64,000 bases of DNA from a virus (Duplodnaviria > Caudoviricetes): positions 1 through 64,000 of IMG/VR virus record IMGVR_UViG_3300005805_000063; one strand, given 5' to 3'. Positions 1 through 10,074 of this stretch are shown piece by piece. Numbering within the stretch: the first letter of the stretch is position 1; each line of letters opens with the position of its first letter. The translations under genes and the position numbers were made by a program. The notes below the pieces were generated by a model that was given only the letters and a program-made list of their open reading frames with translations, had not been told where the DNA came from and made no database searches.

Positions 1-1257
1 AAGTTCGTAGTTACCTGCGGTCCAATAGCCACCATTGTCCCATTGTGCTGAAGTTGTGGGCTGTGTCTGTTGGGTGGAAAACCGCATCTTAACGGTCAAT
101 CTATCAGGGTTTGCACCTGCGCCTGTAGTGTATGTGTCCCAGTCAGGTACGTTGGTGTTTCCTTGTGTACCAGCAGTGATAGACTTGTTAAACTCCAATG
201 ATCCTACCCACTCAAGTTTAGTGAGAGGCTTGGTTGCTGGCCATTGTAGAAAGATAGGAGCAGTTTCCAATGTTCCCGCTGTTGGGGAGGAGGTTATTGT
301 GTAGGAGTTGTTTGCTATTAATGTCAATCCTGAGATTGTAGCACCTGAAGTAAATTCCGTACTTGTTGCTGATTTGTATACTGCATACTCAGTACCTCCT
401 ATGTTTGTACAATCTTCAGCCGCTTTAATATGAGGCGAATCAAACTGAAGTGTAAAATTCAATCTTTGCGGATCATTAAATTTAGGTTCTGATGAAAAGG
501 AATAGGTATTAAAAGTTGGATAATCTATTCTGTGTTGTGCAAAAGTTTGAAGAAGCCCATTTGAATTTACACCAGATACTGATCCATTAAAAAACATGGC
601 TATTTTGCCTTGAATATTGTTATATGCAGTGACATATCCATAAACAGAATACGCAGAGGAAAATGAGACCGTACTATTAGGGTCAACATAACTACTTTTA
701 AATGATGCATAAGAAGCAAAAAAAGGATTACCCTGAAAATATATTGAGGAGTTTATTATTATTGATTTATAAATAGCGAATGAATGGGTAAGTGCTGGAT
801 TATTACGAACATTAACAAAAATACATCTTTCATAATTATTACCCTGTGATCCGAAAGCATTGAGAGCGGATGTTGTTAAACTTCCGATGTATAAGTAACT
901 ACCCGTAAAAAGTCCGGTTACATTCACAAATGACGGACTACTAAAACAAGCAATAAAATTTCTAAGTGCAATATTTCTAACATTAGATGCTCCAATCTGA
1001 AAGCCATATATTCCATCTCCATCAACAATTACAATTCCATCTCCTAATACTTGCGATAAGTTACCCCCATTATAAAATACTGATTCTTTATAGCAGCCAC
1101 TTCCAATAATCAGACGTGTATAGGTTGAAGTGATGGCATTTAAACCCCCTTGAATGGTCAACTTGGGGGTTTCTGGCGAAAAGCCGTTATTAGAATCGCT
1201 GCCTTCTTTGCTGACATAGATACTATTATCAGCTAATACTCTAAAATTATTAGGCAT
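1..1257 (-). CDS. Tail spike / receptor-binding protein with pectin-lyase-like (beta-helix) N-terminus; partial, runs off window start; paralog of 1257..2723
   Basis: Not in the ORF track because it lacks a stop in the window. ATG at 1257 overlaps the upstream TAA (TAATG). My translation reads MPNNFRVLADNSIYVSKEGSDSNNGFSPETPKLTIQGG... through ...PTTSAQWDNGGYWTAGNYEL, matching both ends of the 488-aa neighbour (YYVSVDGSDSNNG; AQWDNGGYWTAG). Confidence 0.8.
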   Translation of the reverse strand, partial: MPNNFRVLADNSIYVSKEGSDSNNGFSPETPKLTIQGGLNAITSTYTRLIIGSGCYKESVFYNGGNLSQVLGDGIVIVDGDGIYGFQIGASNVRNIALRNFIACFSSPSFVNVTGLFTGSYLYIGSLTTSALNAFGSQGNNYERCIFVNVRNNPALTHSFAIYKSIIINSSIYFQGNPFFASYASFKSSYVDPNSTVSFSSAYSVYGYVTAYNNIQGKIAMFFNGSVSGVNSNGLLQTFAQHRIDYPTFNTYSFSSEPKFNDPQRLNFTLQFDSPHIKAAEDCTNIGGTEYAVYKSATSTEFTSGATISGLTLIANNSYTITSSPTAGTLETAPIFLQWPATKPLTKLEWVGSLEFNKSITAGTQGNTNVPDWDTYTTGAGANPDRLTVKMRFSTQQTQPTTSAQWDNGGYWTAGNYEL

Positions 1258-2723
1258 TATACGTAGTCGTTTCTGAGTTTAACCTTCAATTGAATCCATG
1301 TCACATTCAGTGATGTAGCTGTCACCCCGCTGTTAAACGAAGGATGACCATTACCCAAGAATGCGTTATCTATAGTTGGCTTGGTGTTCCATTCAAATGT
1401 TCCATAAGTACCCGCTGTCCAGTATCCACCGTTGTCCCACTGAGCATCTGCGCTAGGCTGAGAGGTTTGAGTAGAGTACCTCATATAGTAGACAAGCCTG
1501 TCAGGATTAGCACCCGTTACGTTAGGAGGTTGAGCAGTGCTATCGTAAACCTCCTGATCAGGTACGTTTCTGTTACCTGCTGTTCCACCTGTTATAGACT
1601 TATTAAACTCTAGCAGGCCATTATAGGATATCTTCTGAAGCACCTTGGCAGTTGCGCTGATTAGAATCGGTGCAGAAACCACCTCACCTGTTGTACCTCC
1701 GCTTATGCTCCAGTCATTTCCTGTAAATGCAAGTCCGGTTACGCTTACTGCGCTTGTGTTGAATTCCGCTCCTTTGGCTGCGTATCGGTTAGCATATTTG
1801 GTTCCCCCTATGTTAGTCCCATCTGATGCCCTGCCTATATGAGGACTTGTGACCTGAAGGGTGAAATCCTGAGCTTCTATGTTGTTGAACTTAGGATCTG
1901 CTGAGAATGAGTTTACGTTATAGGTAGGATAGAGTATTCTGTGAGTTGCAAAGCTGAATGCTGCTCCGTTAGTATAGGGTCTGCCAAATGGAGTGCTTAC
2001 TCCTCCGTCTCCTGTTGATGTCGTGATTGAGAGATCATAATACCTTCCGTATACATCCTGATAAACGCCAGTGGTTACGGTGCTGGCGGAGTTCATTATA
2101 ATACTGCATCGAATATTATTATAATTAAAATTTGCAGCTGATATATTTACAGATGATAAAAAACAACTTTCATTGAAATATGAGTTTATTATTTGATTAT
2201 TTGATGTAAAAATTGAATTTACGTAAATAGATCCAATAGAGAAGGTGGTAAAACTAACATTTCCAACAGATGTTCCTGTTAGGTTTATTACAATGCTATT
2301 AATAAGATAGAAATTTACGTAAGCCCCTGACAAGAAAATATTATACAATTTACACCGATAGAATTGTATAGTAGGACCAGATGCTCCACCAAGATATGCA
2401 GTAATTTGATTATAGTTTAAAAAGACTATATCATAAAATCTTATTGTTCCATTAACACTAAAAGAAATCGTTGAGTTCTGAGATGGACTTTCAAAAACCA
2501 CATTTCCATCGGCAAAGAAATCCATATTTACAACAGTCGAAGATTTTAATAAGGCTTCTTTATAAACTCCGGCTCCAATAATGATTGTCCTTGATCCTGT
2601 TGTTGCAAGGTTCAAAGCTGCCTGCACAGTCCTCTTAGGCGTATCCTTGGTCAGACCATTATTAGAATCTGAGCCATCAACGCTGACGTAGTAGTCCCCG
2701 GTAAGCTTGAAATTATATGCCAT
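1257..2723 (-). CDS. Tail spike / receptor-binding protein, DUF1565/pectin-lyase-like N-terminal motif
   Basis: 488 aa. YYVSVDGSDSNNGLTKDTPKRTVQAAL is the typical start of right-handed beta-helix proteins. Asn/Ser/Thr-rich centre; located in the tail gene array. Confidence 0.7.
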   Translation of the reverse strand: MAYNFKLTGDYYVSVDGSDSNNGLTKDTPKRTVQAALNLATTGSRTIIIGAGVYKEALLKSSTVVNMDFFADGNVVFESPSQNSTISFSVNGTIRFYDIVFLNYNQITAYLGGASGPTIQFYRCKLYNIFLSGAYVNFYLINSIVINLTGTSVGNVSFTTFSIGSIYVNSIFTSNNQIINSYFNESCFLSSVNISAANFNYNNIRCSIIMNSASTVTTGVYQDVYGRYYDLSITTSTGDGGVSTPFGRPYTNGAAFSFATHRILYPTYNVNSFSADPKFNNIEAQDFTLQVTSPHIGRASDGTNIGGTKYANRYAAKGAEFNTSAVSVTGLAFTGNDWSISGGTTGEVVSAPILISATAKVLQKISYNGLLEFNKSITGGTAGNRNVPDQEVYDSTAQPPNVTGANPDRLVYYMRYSTQTSQPSADAQWDNGGYWTAGTYGTFEWNTKPTIDNAFLGNGHPSFNSGVTATSLNVTWIQLKVKLRNDYV

Positions 2724-3232
2724 TATACCCTGTTATGAACTACGTTGAATGAACCTGTCGTATATCCTGCGTTGTAGGTAATTCTCCATCCCAGTACATC
2801 GTTAGCAGCTATGGATAGTGTACCTGTCCATACTCCACTTGTAAAAGTCAATGCTATGTAACTACCTGCGTTAATCTTATACTCCACCGTATTAATACCT
2901 GCTGACTTTACAACCTTGGTTATTGTAGATGCAAACAACCATGTGTCCTGATCCATGGTAGTAACAGTCTCGAAGCGATACTGGGTATCCTGCTGTCTTG
3001 TTACCACTACCCTGTTATTGACTGCATCGTCTGCTACGCTATGACCTACGAACTTGAGCTTAGGACGCTCAGTGTACTCTACGTTGTCTTGGTCTACTAT
3101 CTTTACAAAGGAGCGAGTATTTGCATTATAAATATCCCAGGTTGTTCCATTCCATATCCATGAGGCACCAGAAGTGGTGTCTGTAAATATCTGACTTAGA
3201 GTGGGACTATTTGGAAAGTCTATTGCGGGCAT
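2723..3232 (-). CDS. Small tail-fibre-associated structural protein
   Basis: 169 aa. N-terminal FPNSP...WIWNGTTW motif common in phage fibre proteins; shares a short module with 7213..7770 and 10074..11789. Confidence 0.6.
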   Translation of the reverse strand: MPAIDFPNSPTLSQIFTDTTSGASWIWNGTTWDIYNANTRSFVKIVDQDNVEYTERPKLKFVGHSVADDAVNNRVVVTRQQDTQYRFETVTTMDQDTWLFASTITKVVKSAGINTVEYKINAGSYIALTFTSGVWTGTLSIAANDVLGWRITYNAGYTTGSFNVVHNRV

Positions 3233-3251
3233 ACCTACAAATTTATCTTAT

Positions 3252-5096
3252 TTATATGTCAAATGCAGAGATTTGAGAACCTGTTGTCTGTACAGTTGCG
3301 GCATTTTTAAGCCTTTCTCCAATGGACCCACTTGTCACCATAAGGCTAGTTAGCCTGTCCCAAACAGCTGCTCCTGCCGCATCTCCTGTTATTACAGCCA
3401 ATCCCTTAACATTATCAACATCGACTCCATAGGCTACGTTCAGCGGAGAAGGAACCGCACAGGTTCCTGTATATACCCCCGCCCCATAAGTAGTTCCCAA
3501 TCTGACATCTGCCGGATACGGTTGACCTGAGCTTGTGATTTGATCCGATGAATAAAGTACAACGGGTGTTGTACCATCTTCTTTTCTAAAAGTCCATGTT
3601 CTTCCTGTACTGCCGGTAAAGAATAGCTTCCATGTTACAAACAACATTGCTCCATTAACTGCATTTGTGAGACTGGTAGCATTTGTTGTCACGCTTGAAG
3701 ATGAATTACTTACACTATATACCACGCAATATCCTGAACTTGAAATTAATCCAGTATGATTCACTACTGCATATCCATTTATACAAGCCGTAGAACCAGA
3801 TGCTATTAGATTTCCAGTTACATTTACGGCAATAACTGAAGTAGAAGGATTATAAATTGCAGTTGTCAATGTTGCATCAATATTGCCAATAACATTTATT
3901 GTTGGAGATCCACTGGCAATATAAATTGGACAGTTTCCTAACGATGCTGGAGATATACCATAAAGACTTCCTGTTATTGTAATCGTAGGACTTCCACTGT
4001 TTATCCAAATTCCAGCTCTGGTGCTAGTTCCAGTTTGATAAATAATATTTCCTGTAACATTTACAGTGCAACTAGATGTTATGAATAAACCATGACAGTT
4101 GTTATTTGAATTTGTAGTAGTAATATTACCTACAACATTAAGTGTTCCTAATCCACTTACTGTAACTGAACCTAATCCAGATCCATAATTAAAAAGATAA
4201 GCACTAATATTACCATTGATATTAAGCGTTCCTGTTCCACTATGATTCAATCCATAAGTCGATGCTCCTCCTCCTCCATAAATAGCTCCTGTATTTATTG
4301 TAGATGTTCCGCTACCTGCATAGGTAATAAATGAGCCAGCTGCTACACGATAACCTTGAATATCTGTTGTAGCATTAATTGTATAACCTGATGGTAAGAC
4401 CAAGACCCCATCTGTAATAAAACTAGTTGTAGTACAATAAGGAGAATTAGAGGACTCGGTCATCTCTAATTCCTCAATTATTGGAGTAACAGCCCCAAAA
4501 GTAATTGATACATTTATTCTATATCTTGTATATGAGGTAGTATTTGATAAAATAGAACTTATGTATATAGTTGACGATGGTATTGATAAAGTTGTAATTG
4601 TATCTAAAATAGACCAAGTAACGCCATCATTTGAACCCTCAAAAGTCCAAGAATAGGGTGCATAAAGAGTATTAGAATTAATTTTAAAACTGTATCTTTT
4701 TACAGTTTTTCCAGAATTAAAATAAAATCCCAACCATCCTGTATTATTAGTATTGGATTGCCAATAATTACCATTAACTTGAGTTCTATTAAAAGCATAC
4801 CAAGCAGTTGTAGCAGAATTATTGGAAATAACAGAACCTGTACCTACCGGATCCGTATTGCTTGTCATAACGGGAATAAGAGAATCCGGAAGCATTTGGT
4901 AAAGAGCAGTACTAAAAGAACTCCACCCTTCCGGCATTACCCAAGTTGACCTTAAAGAGTTTACTGTTATGTTTTGGTCAACGGTAACGGTCTTTCCAAG
5001 AAAATACACATTGTCTCCTGAAGTCGGCACTACTCCATTTTCCCAAGTAGATGTGCTTGACCAGTTCCCGTCAGCAATTGCAACTCTTATTGCCAT
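3252..5096 (-). CDS. Tail fibre/receptor-binding protein with F5/8 type C (discoidin/CBM32-like) domain
   Basis: 614 aa. WQSN...GWLGFYF...KRYSF...WTFEGSNDGVTW...YTRYRINV is a discoidin-like signature, followed by Gly/Thr/Asn beta-rich repeats. Paralog of 5096..6901. Confidence 0.7.
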   Translation of the reverse strand: MAIRVAIADGNWSSTSTWENGVVPTSGDNVYFLGKTVTVDQNITVNSLRSTWVMPEGWSSFSTALYQMLPDSLIPVMTSNTDPVGTGSVISNNSATTAWYAFNRTQVNGNYWQSNTNNTGWLGFYFNSGKTVKRYSFKINSNTLYAPYSWTFEGSNDGVTWSILDTITTLSIPSSTIYISSILSNTTSYTRYRINVSITFGAVTPIIEELEMTESSNSPYCTTTSFITDGVLVLPSGYTINATTDIQGYRVAAGSFITYAGSGTSTINTGAIYGGGGASTYGLNHSGTGTLNINGNISAYLFNYGSGLGSVTVSGLGTLNVVGNITTTNSNNNCHGLFITSSCTVNVTGNIIYQTGTSTRAGIWINSGSPTITITGSLYGISPASLGNCPIYIASGSPTINVIGNIDATLTTAIYNPSTSVIAVNVTGNLIASGSTACINGYAVVNHTGLISSSGYCVVYSVSNSSSSVTTNATSLTNAVNGAMLFVTWKLFFTGSTGRTWTFRKEDGTTPVVLYSSDQITSSGQPYPADVRLGTTYGAGVYTGTCAVPSPLNVAYGVDVDNVKGLAVITGDAAGAAVWDRLTSLMVTSGSIGERLKNAATVQTTGSQISAFDI

Positions 5097-6901
5097 TATG
5101 ATAACAGATTTTGTATTTGTTGACCAAGCGTTTCAGGAGAAAGAGTATTTTTTAGTCTTGCTCCTATTGAATTGGCATTGGTAATATTTGTAGTTAAATA
5201 ATCCCACACTGCTGCGGGTACTTGACCGGGAGTTAGAAAAGCAGTTCCTTGTGTATTATCTACATTAACACCAAGTGTTACATTATTAACGCTTGGTATT
5301 TTCATTGTTCCGGTCATTGCTCCTGAATTATACGAAACTCCATATCTTACATCGGATGTCAGTGGATAATCTGGAGCATATGTTGAGGTGTATAAGGTTC
5401 GAGTTTGGGTTAGTGCGCTGTTATATAGTTTTATATATGTTGGTGTGTTTTTAAAATATAATCTACCAACCTGAACAGGAAATACACCAGTTGTTTGTGA
5501 TGCAATTAGAGGTCCTGAAAGTTTACAGGTTCCAACTAGATTAAAAAATGCAGGATACGTACCTCCGTAAATTGTACCAGTATGGTCTACATTACAGGTT
5601 ACGTTTGTGTCTGAGTACAAAAGCCACTGTGCGCTTGACCCAGAAAAAATATCTCCGGTAATATTTATATTTTGAACAGTACCAGATCCAGTAATTCGCA
5701 GCACGATGCCGGCACCTGACATGTAAAGATTACCGGTTATGTTAATGTTGGTAGAAACATAGGAAAGTATTAAATAATTATTTCCACCAGCATAATTAAG
5801 ATTACCTGTAATGTTTAATGTTTTTGCAATACCAGTAAATATTAGTATTGCAGTAGCATTATTAAGATTTAAATATACTTCACCTACAATATTAGCAGTA
5901 CCACCGGTAAGGTAGAATGCGGTTCCTGTCTGATATCCTGACCCAGTAGAGTCAATTACTCTTCCTGTACTTGAATTATTATATATAAGATTTATTGTCC
6001 CAGAGTTTGTTTTTACTATTGTTTGAGGAGCTGTATTATATATTCCTCCCATTCCAACCGTTCCATAGAAATTTAAAATAGCGGGCGATGGAGCATCGCA
6101 ATATATTGCTCGATAGTTAATACCGTAAACAGGCTGGCTAACGGAAATAGTACTTGTTCCAGAAGTCTCTGTAAACTTTATTGTTTCATTTTGATAACCT
6201 GCTATAAGATAAGTTAGATTTAATGTAACTCCGGCTTTTAGAAAAAATGTATTTGTGTAAGTAGCATAGTCAGTAGTTGTTAACTCTGTCATATCAAATC
6301 TGCTAATAACTATCTGTTGGTTCAGCGATGCAACAGAAGTCATATTGATTCGATATCTTGTATAAGCAGTTGTATTTGATACTAATGCACTTATGTAAAT
6401 TCCAAAACTAGTTCCTCCGGTATAGTTAGTTACAGTCTGTAGTACCGTCCATGTTGTTCCATCATTGCTTCCCTCAAACGTCCAGTCTTTTGGCCAATAT
6501 ATGTTGTTATTGGGCATTGACACAAAAGCATATCTCTTGATTACCTTAGCAGTAGTGAAATAATATCCTAACCATCCGGTATTAGCTACGTTAGATTGCC
6601 AATATATATGCGACCTGAAATTAAATTTAGAAAAAGCACCCGGAGCAGATGTGCCGCCCTGTGAACCTGATGCCAAAACAGTTCCGGTAGAACTTGTTGT
6701 AAGTCCTAAGTGGTCATCAATTAAACTATCTTGGAAAAATCTATAAGGTGTATTGCAAAGACTGTAGACTGTTACGTCTTGGTCTATATTCACATCAAAC
6801 GAACCACCAACTACCTCATCTGTTACGCTCGGCAAGGTGCCGTTGTTCCAAATGGCAGGATTGCTCCAGTTACCAGCAGCTATGGGAAACTTCAGTGCCA
6901 T
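5096..6901 (-). CDS. Tail fibre/receptor-binding protein with F5/8 type C (discoidin-like) domain; paralog of 3252..5096
   Basis: 601 aa. Shares N-terminal GNWS...W.NG..P, WTFEGSNDGTTW, YTRYRIN and C-terminal DVRYGV...AVWD...SIGARLKN with the neighbour. Confidence 0.7.
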   Translation of the reverse strand: MALKFPIAAGNWSNPAIWNNGTLPSVTDEVVGGSFDVNIDQDVTVYSLCNTPYRFFQDSLIDDHLGLTTSSTGTVLASGSQGGTSAPGAFSKFNFRSHIYWQSNVANTGWLGYYFTTAKVIKRYAFVSMPNNNIYWPKDWTFEGSNDGTTWTVLQTVTNYTGGTSFGIYISALVSNTTAYTRYRINMTSVASLNQQIVISRFDMTELTTTDYATYTNTFFLKAGVTLNLTYLIAGYQNETIKFTETSGTSTISVSQPVYGINYRAIYCDAPSPAILNFYGTVGMGGIYNTAPQTIVKTNSGTINLIYNNSSTGRVIDSTGSGYQTGTAFYLTGGTANIVGEVYLNLNNATAILIFTGIAKTLNITGNLNYAGGNNYLILSYVSTNINITGNLYMSGAGIVLRITGSGTVQNINITGDIFSGSSAQWLLYSDTNVTCNVDHTGTIYGGTYPAFFNLVGTCKLSGPLIASQTTGVFPVQVGRLYFKNTPTYIKLYNSALTQTRTLYTSTYAPDYPLTSDVRYGVSYNSGAMTGTMKIPSVNNVTLGVNVDNTQGTAFLTPGQVPAAVWDYLTTNITNANSIGARLKNTLSPETLGQQIQNLLS

Positions 6902-7206
6902 TAGAGATTCTTGTCAATAATAAATTGCTGAAGTGCAGACATGATAGACTGCGTAACAGTCTGTGCAGCTGGGTCGTTTGCAAACTCTTTAAAAATATCC
7001 ATGTACACAACTGCCTTTGAGTCTTCATATAGAAACTCAAATCCTCCTCCTTCCTCAGCTGTCTTCTCCCTATAGGGTGTCAGACGCATGGATACACTGC
7101 CTCCAATATCATTTGGATTTAAAAGAGGAGATACTGCTAAATTAATTGTACAATAAGGGTATTGCTTTCCGTCTTTTTCAACAGGTGTAGATAGTGATAA
7201 AGGCAT
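6901..7206 (-). CDS. Small conserved-type protein next to fibre genes (possible fibre chaperone/assembly factor)
   Basis: 101 aa, translationally coupled (TAATG) to the fibre gene; globular composition (YPY..INLAVSP..GSVSMRLTPYR). Confidence 0.5.
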   Translation of the reverse strand: MPLSLSTPVEKDGKQYPYCTINLAVSPLLNPNDIGGSVSMRLTPYREKTAEEGGGFEFLYEDSKAVVYMDIFKEFANDPAAQTVTQSIMSALQQFIIDKNL

Positions 7207-7212
7207 AAGTTA

Positions 7213-7770
7213 TTATGTATAAGTGTGAGTTAATCTTCCAGTCCATGTAACATTCAATGCCGTTGCCGTGGATGTGACGCTTCCATTTGAAGCAACTAAA
7301 ATTCTAACAATTTTCCATACGGCAGATGATTCAGAACTTCCGTAAGGAGCCGTTCCACAATAGGAATAACTGCTTACAAAATCATGTCTTCTTGCTCTAA
7401 TGGAACTATTTACAACTCCATATTCTACCCAAAAACTATCGTAGTATTTGTACGTCTTCCATGTATTTGTATTGGTCCAAACATCACCCACAACTGGACT
7501 TGTAGGCGCAGTTGTACCTGCAAACGTATCGGCAGGACGGGTAACTACCGTTGCGTTATTCCCAGCATCGTCTGTTACAAGCATCCGCTGGAAATTCAGA
7601 TTGGTGCGCTGTGTCTCGTTTACACCTGCATCTTGGATGGTGTGGCCTACAGATGCATTTGCATCAACATAGGTTTTTATTGCTTTTTGTGAAGGAACAA
7701 GTAAATCACTATTAGCCGACAACGACGGGTCGGTATCTATCGGTACGCCTTTGGTAGTTCCCTGAGCCAT
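7213..7770 (-). CDS. Tail fibre-associated structural protein
   Basis: 185 aa. Contains IDTDPSLSANSDLLVPSQKAIKTYVD (fibre-type motif), the shared GHTI..TQR..LNF module and a C-terminal YCGTAPYGSSESSAVWKI motif. Confidence 0.6.
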   Translation of the reverse strand: MAQGTTKGVPIDTDPSLSANSDLLVPSQKAIKTYVDANASVGHTIQDAGVNETQRTNLNFQRMLVTDDAGNNATVVTRPADTFAGTTAPTSPVVGDVWTNTNTWKTYKYYDSFWVEYGVVNSSIRARRHDFVSSYSYCGTAPYGSSESSAVWKIVRILVASNGSVTSTATALNVTWTGRLTHTYT

Positions 7771-9017
7771 TATCTTATCTCTCTGAATTTAATAGATGCC
7801 AGACAGTTTTGTGCTCCGCTTACAGACTTTGCAATTATACTGATAGTACCCAATGAACGAACTGCACCGGCAGCATCAAGTGTTATTGGATACCTGCTTG
7901 CAACTGTTGTGTTAACTACTCCTTTTGCACCACCTGATGAAGCAGCCCATCCTCCATCTATTACAATTGCAGGAGAACCAGATGCAGTGCCTGAGGCATA
8001 CTCAACGCCTGAGTAGGTGGTATTTACATCTGCCCATGTAGGTGATGTGATTGCTTGGCCAATGACCAACTGCCAATAGACTGGCTGATTGCCGTTATTG
8101 AATATCTCAGTATCTATATAGGCAACACGCATCCTGTTAGTTATACCATTAAAGGTTGTTTTAGGACGCAGACTTATCAAATGTGTAAATACAGTATCTG
8201 ATACAGATACCGTACCGCTTGCCTGTTGAAAGGAATATCCAAACAGATTCACATCTTCAGTACCACCCTCAGATACTACAGCACAACAGATAAAATTCAT
8301 TGTTGTACTAACTGTACCTGTACAGGTCATTCCGCAGCGTGCAGGAAGATTGGCAGTCTGAATATAGGGAGATGCAACCAAGTTTGCATGTGTAAACTGA
8401 TGGGCATATATGATTTTACCTCCAATGTCAAATCCCATCCGTACACGACCGACATATAATGCCTGAAAGTCAATTATGAGAATCTGAGTCTTTGTAACAT
8501 CCAATGTCAATCCACTTGGACCTGTGCCATCAAGTTTATCAAGATTCCATGATGACTGAGCAACTGTTTGATTACCTGCAGATGATGCAGAATAGATTGC
8601 AAATTCTTTTGTAGTTCCATTAAGTCTGAACTCAAATCCATTGACTCCGTCTGACAGACCTGCAAACTTCAGTGTGTCCGCCACACCGCCATTCATATTG
8701 AATGTAATCAGTGTCAGCTGTGATTTTGAAGGCTGATAGGGCAGATACTCAAAAGTCTGCATATAAGCCTTACCACCCGTTGGGGTAGAGCTGAATGTCA
8801 TCAGCGCACATCGGTTGGTAGTATCATGGGTTATTGTAGCACCTGTTCCGTTTGTTATCTGCTCAAGCAAAAGCGGATTGAGACTATAAGTAAACTGAGA
8901 AGAGAAAAGAGTAAGTGGGTTGCTGATTCGCAACCTGCTAAAAGCATCAAGATTGGCACTATCCTTAATGCTTACATCCGTATCAACTATGCTGTATCCT
9001 GAATATCCCTGTGCCAT
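7770..9017 (-). CDS. Putative virion structural protein (beta-rich, lectin-like)
   Basis: 415 aa. DAFSRLRISNPLTLFSS N-terminus of the kind seen in environmental phage structural genes; embedded in the coupled tail array. Confidence 0.5.
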   Translation of the reverse strand: MAQGYSGYSIVDTDVSIKDSANLDAFSRLRISNPLTLFSSQFTYSLNPLLLEQITNGTGATITHDTTNRCALMTFSSTPTGGKAYMQTFEYLPYQPSKSQLTLITFNMNGGVADTLKFAGLSDGVNGFEFRLNGTTKEFAIYSASSAGNQTVAQSSWNLDKLDGTGPSGLTLDVTKTQILIIDFQALYVGRVRMGFDIGGKIIYAHQFTHANLVASPYIQTANLPARCGMTCTGTVSTTMNFICCAVVSEGGTEDVNLFGYSFQQASGTVSVSDTVFTHLISLRPKTTFNGITNRMRVAYIDTEIFNNGNQPVYWQLVIGQAITSPTWADVNTTYSGVEYASGTASGSPAIVIDGGWAASSGGAKGVVNTTVASRYPITLDAAGAVRSLGTISIIAKSVSGAQNCLASIKFREIR

Positions 9018-9018
9018 A

Positions 9019-9348
9019 TCAGCTTATTTCAGTTCCCCATATTTGAAACGATAAACTGGCGTTTCCGGAGTAAACCCGCACCTTATCAGTCGTTGCCAAA
9101 GTTACGCCAATTGTGGCAATAAAAGTATCGTTTCCTGCAAGGGTAACGTCATAATACAGGTAATCCTTGTTGGTTGTTGCCGCACCCGCCTGCGAAATAC
9201 TGACCCTAAAGGTGGTTGCGGTTGTCCCCCGGTTGCATATGGATATAGAGCTGCAGACAGAGGACGTTGCAGCCGGTACAGTATACAGGTCTGTCTCTGT
9301 GGTTGCAGAGGGACTGGACTGTCCAAGTATTTTATAAACATTTGCCAT
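9019..9348 (-). CDS. Small putative virion structural protein
   Basis: 109 aa. YKILGQSSPSATTETDLYTVP N-terminus; all-beta composition; coupled to the upstream gene by TAATG. Confidence 0.55.
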   Translation of the reverse strand: MANVYKILGQSSPSATTETDLYTVPAATSSVCSSISICNRGTTATTFRVSISQAGAATTNKDYLYYDVTLAGNDTFIATIGVTLATTDKVRVYSGNASLSFQIWGTEIS

Positions 9349-9674
9349 TATGCGCCCATTAACAGAAAGTGTTGTTCATATCCTGTAACAGCGGTTCCAG
9401 GAGTTCCGGTTCCCCCTTCAACAGTTGCCCAGCTACCATCGTCCCTGAGATATTTGGTTCCATCAGGAGTACCGCTAATTTGCAATTTGGAAAGTGCGAT
9501 TGGAGAAGTAAAGAATATCTCATCTGGCGGAATCTCTGTATACGCACCATCCTCTATCTTATAATACTTGGAAGTATCAATGCAATAAATAAGCGAGTCA
9601 AGACCAAAATCAAGACTTCGTTCAGCTTCAGTATCGCACTCATAAAAATGCCTGAACCTTATCCTTACTGCCAT
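9348..9674 (-). CDS. Small tail-fibre-associated protein
   Basis: 108 aa. SGTPDGTKYLRDDGSWA fibre-repeat motif and C-terminal FLLMGA. Confidence 0.55.
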   Translation of the reverse strand: MAVRIRFRHFYECDTEAERSLDFGLDSLIYCIDTSKYYKIEDGAYTEIPPDEIFFTSPIALSKLQISGTPDGTKYLRDDGSWATVEGGTGTPGTAVTGYEQHFLLMGA

Positions 9675-9675
9675 A

Positions 9676-10074
9676 TCAGTTCATTATCAGAGTAAATCCT
9701 CCGTACCAGTCAACATTTTGTACAAGTGTAGATGGAGTGCGGATGTTCATAAACAAGTTTGTACCTGTTACACTGAACTGTATCTGACAAGATGCAAAAG
9801 GATGACCTGACTCAGAACCTGTTGTAAAAGTCATCAGATATACAATTGAGCCTACGGTAGATACAGTTCCTGATACCCGCTTTCCTTTCCACACTGCTGT
9901 CGCAGAACCAATTTGTCCAATAGTTCCACTTGTAGTCCTTCCAACAATGAATATGTTATTGATTATAAAGTCACAATCAGAAGGTACGTTGCAGCTTACC
10001 AAGTTTGTAACTCCGTTGAATCCTGAAGCGGTACTTACCTCCGCACTTACAGGTATGATACTTTTTAATCCCAT
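9676..10074 (-). CDS. Hypothetical protein (tail module)
   Basis: 132-aa ORF tiling perfectly between neighbours, with TAATG coupling at 10074. Confidence 0.6.
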   Translation of the reverse strand: MGLKSIIPVSAEVSTASGFNGVTNLVSCNVPSDCDFIINNIFIVGRTTSGTIGQIGSATAVWKGKRVSGTVSTVGSIVYLMTFTTGSESGHPFASCQIQFSVTGTNLFMNIRTPSTLVQNVDWYGGFTLIMN

